Source: Candidatus Levyibacteriota bacterium (GTDB lineage Bacteria; Patescibacteriota; Microgenomatia; Levybacterales; UBA12049). Taken from it: DNA of 64,000 nucleotides. Below the pieces are notes generated by a model, which did not search any database, was not told the DNA's origin, and saw only the letters and a program-made list of their open reading frames with translations. Below, piece after piece: positions 52,462 to 60,355 of the stretch. Where the stretch lies: the NCBI GenBank assembly GCA_027459725.1, contig DAIDHK010000007.1:261-64260 (forward strand), given 5' to 3'. Position numbers and translations under genes: made by a program. Every line of letters begins with the position of its first letter. Positions within the stretch are counted from its first letter, which is position 1.

Positions 52462-53154
52462 ATGAAAAAACTTTTATTTACTCTAGGTCTTATATCTTCT
52501 ACCTTGCTAGTAGCAGGAGTTCCTGTTGCATCAGCCAATACGACTAACTGTACTACAAACTATGGGGGAGGTACTACTTGTAATACCACCAATATCACCA
52601 TTAATAAGACTGTACAAAATCCTTCCAATGGAAACTATGTCGACAATCTTGGTGTCAATGATCCTAAATACAACCCAAGTCAAGATGTTAACTTCCAAAT
52701 CACTGTAACCAATACCGGTAATGTAACTCTAAACAATGTAAACGTGAATGATTACTTACCACAGTACACATCTTTTGTGTCTGCTCCTGGCTCACACAAT
52801 GGTAATACCATTACTTATACCATCGGAACTTTAAATCCCGGCGCAACTGATACTGAAACTATCACTGCTCAAGTTGCTGATTCTAGTACTTTACCCAGTG
52901 GTATAACCTGCTTAACCAATCAAGCTACCGCTAATGATAACAATGGTGACCAAGTTTCTGACAATGCACAATTTTGTGCCCAGAATAATGTACTTGGTAC
53001 AACTTCAACATCTACCAGTACAGGACTAACTGTTTATCCTGCACCTAAATTGACTAAAACTCCTCCTACCGGAGCCGATGCAGTCTCACTGCTCGCCCTC
53101 ATTCCCGCAGCTTTTGCTGGATTGACTCTAAGAAAGAAAGCTATAAAAGGATAA
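52462..53154 (+). CDS. DUF11-like surface protein with C-terminal TPPTG sortase-type signal (paralog of 45344)
   Basis: MKKLLFTLG signal, ITINKTVQNP, VTNTGNVTLNNVNVNDYLP, TPPTGADAVSLLALIPAAFAGLTLRKK. Confidence 0.85.
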   Translation: MKKLLFTLGLISSTLLVAGVPVASANTTNCTTNYGGGTTCNTTNITINKTVQNPSNGNYVDNLGVNDPKYNPSQDVNFQITVTNTGNVTLNNVNVNDYLPQYTSFVSAPGSHNGNTITYTIGTLNPGATDTETITAQVADSSTLPSGITCLTNQATANDNNGDQVSDNAQFCAQNNVLGTTSTSTSTGLTVYPAPKLTKTPPTGADAVSLLALIPAAFAGLTLRKKAIKG

Positions 53155-53373
53155 TAATTTACGCTCGTCATTGCGAAAGCAGGACGACAAGCCAAAATAG
53201 ACTAATAGCTTGCCCACCACACTCTCGCTCTGACACAACTTATGGTTGGAGAGAGATCTTTGAACCAAATCCCAATCTAAAATCTCTCCTCAATCATAAC
53301 TGATTGAGATTTTGCGTATCTTTCATTCATCAATTTTGCGATGAACATAAAGAACGTAATATAGCTCTTTAAC

Positions 53374-53585
53374 AAAGTATACGAGGAAATCTTTCTATTT
53401 AAGAAAGGAGAATTTTATTTAAATCCCAGTGTCGGGTACGACGTGTATTAGCGTAAGCTTGTCATGTGGTATCCGATACTGGGTAATATTGCCTTTAAAA
53501 AGCAATATTCAGGTCGAACCTAAGTCGGAGCAACATTCACCGGCAGGCAGCTGTGCCACCGGAATCCAGTTTCACGGAGAAAAAA
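53374..53585 (+). ncRNA. Structured 5' flank of the RNA cassette
   Basis: 15-bp stem CCCAGTGTCGGGTAC (53425-53439)/GTATCCGATACTGGG (53469-53483) with G-U pairs; AATATTGC/GCAATATT hairpin; 53374-53386 complementary to 55087-55099. Confidence 0.6.
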
Positions 53586-54818
53586 GTGAACAAGTATCTG
53601 CGCATCAGCCTTGCGATCGCCATGATCGCACTTCTGATTCTGGGGATCGCAATCCCCACGCACGTGGCGGCTAACTCGACTTACTTTCCCGCTACTTCGG
53701 CGCAAGCCGTCCAGCAGTGGGACGTCGTCGCTATGCAGGGCTCTTGTCTTGCAGTCGTCACCGAAGCCAAAGGCGGAGGTATCGAATTTCACGGGCGTTA
53801 TATAGACGCTCAGAAACTTGGTGCTGATGCCATAGACCTAACCGTTGACTTCGACTACGGTCGAGTCAAGTTTAGAGGCGGTCTCGGCACGCTGATTCCT
53901 TATGGGAACACTCCAACGAGTGATCCCAAGAAACAAGGACTTGGTGTCCGATTCGTTGTGCCCGCGGGGCACCCGATCAACGTCGAAATCAGCGGCGGTT
54001 GCGGTAATTCCGGCTTTGGATTTACTGTGTGGGCAGGAGACCCACAGCAGCCGTGCATACGGTACGTCATGCCTGGACAGAAGGTGTCGACTGCACCTAA
54101 ATGTGTCGCGCCGGTCAACTATTCCAACATCGGCAATGCTAAAGGCAAGCTGACCAACCCTGGGAACCCTATTGGGAACCCCTCATCTAGCTCGAAGCAG
54201 ACAATAACGCAGCAAAACAACTCGTGCAAGTATTATGCCGAGTTTGCATCCTTGTTCAGAAGCCCTTCGGGGCAGATGAGCACCCGGAGCCAGTGGGTTC
54301 CGGAACAGGTGAATGGCTGTGAATTCCATGCCAAGTTGGATCCGAGTGGTCCGACACAACTGGTATTCACGTACCAGAAATCGATGGTCATAAACACACC
54401 GACCTATCCTAATGGTTCGGGTCTTCCTTCGGGAGGACTCGAATACGCAAGCGATGCAACTGTTTACAATGCCACGCCACAAGCGACGGCATCAAACAAC
54501 AGCAATTCTGCAGCTCCGGTCGCGACAGCAACGCCTGTGGCAACGCAGGCGCCTTCTACCGCCAGTACGCTGGCGGTAACAACTGCACTAGCCTGGTGTA
54601 ACAATTCGGCCTGTACGGCCGGAGAGTTCACCCCGCTGGTCGAGTCCAACGGATATACCAATCCCGCCGGACTTAAGTTCACGGCAACCAACACCAACAA
54701 CTGTCCATCATTCACGCTCCCTAGTGGAGCAACGATGGACTACAATGGCGGAAACGGGATAACAGGCCCGACCACAGTAAACAACGTTTGTGTAGCTAGC
54801 CTCCGGCTGGCCGCATAA
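53586..54818 (+). CDS. GC-rich, Cys-rich secreted protein of unknown function
   Basis: GGAG Shine-Dalgarno then GTG 53586; signal peptide MNKYLRISLAIAMIALLILGIAIPTHVAA; domains separated by S/T/A/P linkers. Confidence 0.85.
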   Translation: MNKYLRISLAIAMIALLILGIAIPTHVAANSTYFPATSAQAVQQWDVVAMQGSCLAVVTEAKGGGIEFHGRYIDAQKLGADAIDLTVDFDYGRVKFRGGLGTLIPYGNTPTSDPKKQGLGVRFVVPAGHPINVEISGGCGNSGFGFTVWAGDPQQPCIRYVMPGQKVSTAPKCVAPVNYSNIGNAKGKLTNPGNPIGNPSSSSKQTITQQNNSCKYYAEFASLFRSPSGQMSTRSQWVPEQVNGCEFHAKLDPSGPTQLVFTYQKSMVINTPTYPNGSGLPSGGLEYASDATVYNATPQATASNNSNSAAPVATATPVATQAPSTASTLAVTTALAWCNNSACTAGEFTPLVESNGYTNPAGLKFTATNTNNCPSFTLPSGATMDYNGGNGITGPTTVNNVCVASLRLAA

Positions 54819-54821
54819 TTC

Positions 54822-55099
54822 TTCCCGCCGTGAGGCGGGGGCGCGTTCCCTATGACGTTTCCCACCAGCGTGGTGGCAGCGTTGGGGATCGCATCACCCC
54901 CGCCTCCGGCAACGGAATTCGGGTGGCTCCGTGATAAGCCAATTCTCTCTTTCGTAGAAAGAGAATCCTGAAGTCGACAAGACTTCACGTTCCAGGTCCG
55001 ACACTTTGCGTTGGACAATTGGCGCGTGAATTCGCGACTACTCCAGGAGTTGGGGATTTTGAAAGCTTTTATAACTTTCCGCCCACCCTCGTATACTTT
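54822..55099 (+). ncRNA. Multi-hairpin structured 3' RNA domain
   Basis: CCCGCC-GTGA-GGCGGG, CCACCA-GCG-TGGTGG, TCCG-GCAA-CGGA, ATTCT..CTTTC-GTA-GAAAG-AGAAT, TGAAGTC-GACAA-GACTTCA, GTCCGAC/GTTGGAC. Confidence 0.65.
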
Positions 55100-55203
55100 T
55101 TGTTTTACTGCTAAAGGCAGTACTGATGAGTCTCTGTGATTAGAGAAATCTAAAAACAGTCCCCCTTCGCTATAAGCTACGGAGGGATAAAGACGAAAAC
55201 AAA
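55099..55203 (+). ncRNA. Type III hammerhead ribozyme with an expanded stem II
   Basis: Stem III TTTGTT (55099-55104)/AACAAA (55198-55203); H17=T55105; stem I TACTGC/GCAGTA (55106-55122); core CTGATGA (55123-55129); stem II GTCT/AGAC; GAAA (55195-55198). Confidence 0.85.
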
Positions 55204-55222
55204 CAGAGCAAGTAAAAAGTAA

Positions 55223-55304
55223 CAATATCTAATACTCAATATTCAATGAATATATAAATTTAAAAAATTCAATTATTTAAAAATTGATTGAATATTGGAT
55301 ATTG
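55223..55304. repeat. AT-rich inverted repeat built from short degenerate units
   Basis: CAATATTCAAT (55237-55247)/ATTGAATATTG (55287-55297), plus CAATATCTAAT/ATTGGATATTG. Confidence 0.55.
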
Positions 55305-55353
55305 AAAATTGTAAATTTGACTAACTATTTTACAAACAAATTAAACAATAATT

Positions 55354-56133
55354 ATGAAAAAACAAATCAAAACCATTTCTTTCGTTATACCAGTCTTTAA
55401 CGAAGAAAAAAGATTGAGTAAAACCTTTAAAGCATTGAACGAATTGCAGCTTCCGGCCAGGTTGAAATTGCAGGATATTATTTTCGTCAATGATGGCTCT
55501 CAAGACAAAACAACCCAAATGATAGAAAAATTTGGCAAAAACAAAAGTTTTAAAGCACAGGTCGTCTTGTTAACTTATCCTACCAATCAAGGTAAGGGCT
55601 ATGCCATCCGACAAGGTATGAAGTATTCTACGGCCGACTATACTCTCTTTTTCGATGCTGATATGTCTACTCCCTTGAGTGAATTGCATAAATTCATGCC
55701 AAGTCTGAAAAAGAACGTTGACGTACTAATTGGTACACGTAAAAATGGTCACTCTACCGTCACCAAACACCAGCCTTTTTTGCGTGAATTCCTAGGCAAA
55801 GGCTTCACCAAAATGACTCAATTCATCTTGGGTGTGAATGTGACTGATTTTACCTGTGGCTTCAAAGCTTTCTCACAAAACGCCAAAGATACTATCTTCT
55901 CACAAACTACCATCAATGGTTGGGGTTATGATGCCGAAGTCTTATTTTTGGCCAGCAAACAAAACTTCTCCATGCAAGAAGTAGCTGTTGCTTGGGCTAA
56001 TGATGAAAGAACCAAAGTAAACATGTTACAAGCTATCCCCCAAACTCTAAAAGAGTTATGGATGATTCGCGCCCAACATAGTTTGTATTCTCATACTCTC
56101 TTCCCTTCATTTAGACCTTTGACGAACACTTAA
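55354..56133 (+). CDS. GT2 polyprenol-phosphate glycosyltransferase (DPM/DPG synthase-like)
   Basis: VIPVFNEE, VNDGSQD, NQGKGYA, FFDADMS, DFTCGFKAF, GWGYDAEVL. Confidence 0.92.
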   Translation: MKKQIKTISFVIPVFNEEKRLSKTFKALNELQLPARLKLQDIIFVNDGSQDKTTQMIEKFGKNKSFKAQVVLLTYPTNQGKGYAIRQGMKYSTADYTLFFDADMSTPLSELHKFMPSLKKNVDVLIGTRKNGHSTVTKHQPFLREFLGKGFTKMTQFILGVNVTDFTCGFKAFSQNAKDTIFSQTTINGWGYDAEVLFLASKQNFSMQEVAVAWANDERTKVNMLQAIPQTLKELWMIRAQHSLYSHTLFPSFRPLTNT

Positions 56134-56152
56134 GAAAGGAGTCATTATATAT

Positions 56153-57466
56153 ATGGCACTTTCTATGCAAAACTCTGATAATTCACTACTCGTCATCGCC
56201 AGCTATCCACCCAAAGATGCAATTCATCATCCGTTGATTGTCGGCGGTGCTTCGTATACCAAAAATACCTTACTTTCCCTACAACGTGTATTAACAGACA
56301 AATCTATAGACTATAAAATTACAGTTCTCGCCGAAAAATTGACTGCTAATCATCACTCTGAACCAAATGAAAAATCTGAAGATATTAATTCATATGAGGA
56401 TAATGGCATTAACGTCAAACGAATTTGGCAACGCAATAACTTTGGGTCATTTTTCTCGTTGATTAACGAAATCAATAAATATAAAAAGACTCAAAAAATT
56501 CTTTTCTCCTTAGAGTTAGCCATGTTCGGCGGACAACTTTCATTGCTTGGCATCATGTTACTTTTGATCTGGTTAAAAATCTCGGGTAAAAAAACTTACA
56601 TCGTTTTACATCAGATCATTGCCAATCTCCAAGATATGGAAGGACATTTGGGCAAAACCTCACCTACCTTAATGACACATATTAATAATTTTGCTTTGCG
56701 ACAGTTTTACCGCTTTGTAGTATTTATAAGTTATAAAATCAATGTCTTTGAACAAACTTTTAAGGATTATTTACACACCTTGGGAGATCCGCAAAAAGTG
56801 GTGGTTATACCACATGGGGTCGAAAAATTTGTCAATTCAGTCACTAAAAAACAGGCCAGAGAAAACCTGCATATAGACCCTAAAAAGAAGGTAATTATGC
56901 TGTTTGGCTTCTTAGCTTGGTATAAAGGTACAGATTGGATTGTCAATCAAATCGACAAACAAAGCATACAAAAAAACAACATTCAGGTCATCATTGCGGG
57001 TGGTCCTAACCCGAACCGTTTGGAACTAGATTTTTATCAAAAATATCTAAAAGATTTAGAACAGAGCGCCAAAGAAAAAAATATCTTAATTACGGGTTTT
57101 GTCCCGGAAAATAAAATAGGTCTGTATTTTCAATCCGCTGATGTAGTACTTTTCCCTTACCGTGCATTGATGTCCAGTAGTGGACCTTTTTCAATAGCGC
57201 TAGCATTTGGTGCTCCACTTTTGCTGGCAGACAAACTCTTGCCATTGACAAAAACTGTAGATTTTCAAACCACACTTACCGACACAAAAATTGCTGAAAA
57301 AGATCTCTTCTTCCCGCTTAACCAGCAAGGTCTAGAGAGAATTATCTCGCAAATAAATGACCAAACATTTCTGGATAAGAGCCATAAATTCGCTCTAACT
57401 CTTGCACAAAAACGCGCATGGAATGCAATTGGACAAATGTATTACGAAACTATTTTTACTAACTAA
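56153..57466 (+). CDS. Glycosyltransferase family 4
   Basis: VIPHGV, LFGFLAWYKG, SADVVLFPY. Confidence 0.85.
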   Translation: MALSMQNSDNSLLVIASYPPKDAIHHPLIVGGASYTKNTLLSLQRVLTDKSIDYKITVLAEKLTANHHSEPNEKSEDINSYEDNGINVKRIWQRNNFGSFFSLINEINKYKKTQKILFSLELAMFGGQLSLLGIMLLLIWLKISGKKTYIVLHQIIANLQDMEGHLGKTSPTLMTHINNFALRQFYRFVVFISYKINVFEQTFKDYLHTLGDPQKVVVIPHGVEKFVNSVTKKQARENLHIDPKKKVIMLFGFLAWYKGTDWIVNQIDKQSIQKNNIQVIIAGGPNPNRLELDFYQKYLKDLEQSAKEKNILITGFVPENKIGLYFQSADVVLFPYRALMSSSGPFSIALAFGAPLLLADKLLPLTKTVDFQTTLTDTKIAEKDLFFPLNQQGLERIISQINDQTFLDKSHKFALTLAQKRAWNAIGQMYYETIFTN

Positions 57467-57480
57467 ATATTTCTTCACCT

Positions 57481-59583
57481 ATGAAAAGACTACTGGAAAT
57501 AATTATTGTTTTAATCCTAGCTTTAGTAGCCAGTATAGTTTTTACCTATCCGGCCATAACACATATCACCACTCAATATATTGGTGATGGCGGAGATAAT
57601 TATGAATATGCCTCATATATGGGTCTTTTAACCCAGCAAATTCATGATCACCTCATACCACTTAGTCATACCAATTTTTGGCGCTATCCAGTTGGCATTG
57701 ATTTTGCCAGATCATTTGACTCATATTTAACTCTTTTTATTGGTACGGCTTTTACTCTAAGTGTCGGATTACCTCTGTCATATAATCTGACCATTTATGT
57801 TCTTCTGATTCTAAACGGTCTGTTTAGCTATCTGTACTTTAAGAAAATAACCCATTCCCCATTATTAGGTATTATTGGCATGCTTTCCTATGGTTTTTCT
57901 TTTTATGTACTGGCGCGCTCGAACGCACATCCTAACCTCATGTTTGTCGGCGGCTTTCCCCTCTCACTCATTTTTCTACTGCGTTTAATCGAAAGACCAT
58001 CTTTAAAAACGCGCGATTTTCTCTATTTTTTCTTCAGTCTAATATTTATCACGCTTGGCTCTATGCAATATCTACTTTTAATGAGTATATTTTTGGGTAT
58101 TGTACTGTTTACTTCACTGCTTTTTTATTATCCCCAAAGCAAAATTTTCTTTCACAAACTGCTTAACTATCAAAAACAAATCCTTCAAAGTAGCATAACC
58201 TCCGCTTTAGTATTCTTTATTGTTTTTATGCCCCAAATTCTAGCTTTTATACAAGGAAATGTTAATTTTTCCAGCCGTTTAGACACTCTAGCTTTCGCAA
58301 CTCCTGGAATTGATGATTTCTTTCTACCCAATACATACTTGCATCTATTAATCTCTCCCCTGGCTTCGGCTAAATCGAAAATGTCGATTGAAACCATGGT
58401 CTTTTTAGGCTGGATTGAGATGCTGTTTTTTATATTGTTTTTGTTACAAAATAAAATAGCCAAGAAATTTAGACTATATTTACTAACTATCTTTTTAATC
58501 CTGTTTTTACTCGCCCTGGGATATGGTACAGATGATTCATTTTTTCTGTTGCCTTATCATTTCCTGCGCCAGTTTAGTCTTTTCTCTGCAATCGCTGAAA
58601 CCGGCAGGTATTTAGTTGTATTCTATTTGATTTTCCTATCTGCCATCCTATTAGGATTAAGCAAACTTAAAAACCATAAGAAGCTTTACTATTTTCTTGC
58701 TCTAATTTTACTAGGCGGTGTCATTTTGGAAAGAATACCTCTATCATTTAGAACCGTACCAGTTTTGACAGATCAAAAATACATTCAAGTAGTCAAAAAT
58801 ACACCTGCCAAGGCTGTCTTAGATATTCCCATTGATATCTATACCCCGGTCTACAATATTTTGTCACTTGGCTATGACAAGCCGATTGTAAATGGATATT
58901 TTCACTGGTTAGCAGATGGAGCAAGGGAACAATCATTTTTGAGAAATGAAAATCTCTTTCTGCAATTTACTTGTTCCAATCAGGATCCCATACTGAAAGA
59001 TCCTTTGAATTATCCATATACCAGCTATGAAACACAATTAATGCAGACTCTAATAAACAATGGCATAACCACACTTGTCATTCACCGCAATACCAACTAT
59101 CTCTTCTCCAATTGTCGCAATGTACGCATTCGTGTTGACCATCTGATTCCCTTTGAACAACCTCTAAAGCCAAGTATAAATCAGACTGTTTACTCTACTT
59201 CACTTGAGACAAGTCAACCAAGCTTTACTTTTTATTTCCCTTACAGCGGAACTTTTTATCTAGACGGAGCTTTTATCTCCACACGTGGCAAAGGATATTT
59301 TCAAATCCTGCAAAACTACCAACCAGCTACTTTTAAATATGCCTGGAGTGTAGATAACAAGAATAGCTACCAGATCCTGTCTCCCAAAAACACAATTAAA
59401 TTTAAAGTTAACACAGGAGACAACCTGACTATCTATTCCAGTAACCTCATCGATTATACCTATCTTTCTCTTTGGTATCGCTACGCTAAAGATCCTAATA
59501 GTCCCTATATACCATTCTCACCGAAAATACAAAGAATTTACCAGGATAATAATACAATTGTGTATAAAATTAATAGACCTTGA
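57481..59583 (+). CDS. Polytopic membrane protein, GT-C/YfhO-like
   Basis: GDGGD loop after TM1, more than 10 TM segments, KPIVNGY; next to a polyprenol-P sugar synthase. Confidence 0.65.
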   Translation: MKRLLEIIIVLILALVASIVFTYPAITHITTQYIGDGGDNYEYASYMGLLTQQIHDHLIPLSHTNFWRYPVGIDFARSFDSYLTLFIGTAFTLSVGLPLSYNLTIYVLLILNGLFSYLYFKKITHSPLLGIIGMLSYGFSFYVLARSNAHPNLMFVGGFPLSLIFLLRLIERPSLKTRDFLYFFFSLIFITLGSMQYLLLMSIFLGIVLFTSLLFYYPQSKIFFHKLLNYQKQILQSSITSALVFFIVFMPQILAFIQGNVNFSSRLDTLAFATPGIDDFFLPNTYLHLLISPLASAKSKMSIETMVFLGWIEMLFFILFLLQNKIAKKFRLYLLTIFLILFLLALGYGTDDSFFLLPYHFLRQFSLFSAIAETGRYLVVFYLIFLSAILLGLSKLKNHKKLYYFLALILLGGVILERIPLSFRTVPVLTDQKYIQVVKNTPAKAVLDIPIDIYTPVYNILSLGYDKPIVNGYFHWLADGAREQSFLRNENLFLQFTCSNQDPILKDPLNYPYTSYETQLMQTLINNGITTLVIHRNTNYLFSNCRNVRIRVDHLIPFEQPLKPSINQTVYSTSLETSQPSFTFYFPYSGTFYLDGAFISTRGKGYFQILQNYQPATFKYAWSVDNKNSYQILSPKNTIKFKVNTGDNLTIYSSNLIDYTYLSLWYRYAKDPNSPYIPFSPKIQRIYQDNNTIVYKINRP

Positions 59584-59614
59584 CTCTATTCTGATTATCT
59601 GATATTCTGAATGT

Positions 59615-59881
59615 ATGAGCAGTATAAGTATAATCCGCGAACGAGGCCAAATAACCATACCTGATAAAATTCGGGCAACATTAGACTGGCTTACTCCCAC
59701 CTCTCCTGTTTCGATATCTATTGTCAACCCGGATGAAATTAGTATCCGTCCTTATCAGAACAAAAAAATAACGGACTGGCAAAAGCTGTGGGCACAGATT
59801 AGAAAATCTCGTGCACTAAAAAGCAAAGGACAAGGTAATCTATCTGCTTTTATTATTGAAGATAGGCAGACAAGAAGATGA
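59615..59881 (+). CDS. AbrB/MazE-type antitoxin
   Basis: RERGQITIPDKIR; leaderless promoter TTGACT-17-TATTCT-6 nt-ATG. Confidence 0.88.
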   Translation: MSSISIIRERGQITIPDKIRATLDWLTPTSPVSISIVNPDEISIRPYQNKKITDWQKLWAQIRKSRALKSKGQGNLSAFIIEDRQTRR

Positions 59882-60315
59882 TTAAAAAGATTATTATAGA
59901 TAGTTCAGTTAGTGTTAAGTGGATCAATCAAATTGATGAAGATCTTTTAGAGCAAGCAGATAAAATTCTTTTAGACGTCCAAGCCGAAAAAATAGTCCTT
60001 TTCGCTCCTGAACTCTCAAAATATGAAATTGGTAACGCACTACTAAGAAAACAATTCTCTACACAACATGTAAAAGATACCATACATCTATTGTACCAAT
60101 TGCCTATTACCTTTGTTCCGGAAACAGAAGATCTGGCTAAGCAGACATATATGATTGCACACGAGACTGGAATGACATATTATGATGCAAGCTTTGTAGC
60201 TTTAGCAAAACAAGAAGATGCCTTGTTGGTTACTCATAACGCAAAACATCAAGGCAAAAGTACCACAGTTAAGGTAATTTCACTAAAAGATTACTCCACT
60301 TCAGTCTTGAGCTAA
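59878..60315 (+). CDS. vapC: VapC (PIN) toxin
   Basis: IIIDSSV, YEIGNAL, TYYDASFVALA; ATGA overlap with the antitoxin. Confidence 0.88.
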   Translation: MIKKIIIDSSVSVKWINQIDEDLLEQADKILLDVQAEKIVLFAPELSKYEIGNALLRKQFSTQHVKDTIHLLYQLPITFVPETEDLAKQTYMIAHETGMTYYDASFVALAKQEDALLVTHNAKHQGKSTTVKVISLKDYSTSVLS

Positions 60316-60355
60316 GTATGTGCTAAACTTCTATATATACTTCTTTTTTAAGAAT

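Noticed and set aside
53383-55080. RNase P RNA, tmRNA or group I/II intron as the identity of the cassette
   Set aside because: GAGGAAAT only partly resembles the RNase P GAGGAAAGUCC motif and has no 3' partner; no tRNA-like ends, no group II domain V, no group I P7 motifs, no interrupted host gene
53374-55099. IS element or MITE defined by 13-bp terminal inverted repeats
   Set aside because: No transposase and no target-site duplication seen; nested imperfect pairings fit an RNA helix better, although a non-autonomous DNA element is not fully excluded
54740-55225. 161-aa minus-strand ORF across the structured region
   Set aside because: Non-ATG start, no recognisable protein features; G-U pairs, GNRA loops and the hammerhead indicate function as + strand RNA
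55223-55320. CRISPR array
   Set aside because: Short degenerate AT-rich units without unique spacers; no cas genes; no repeat-spacer array seen anywhere in the window
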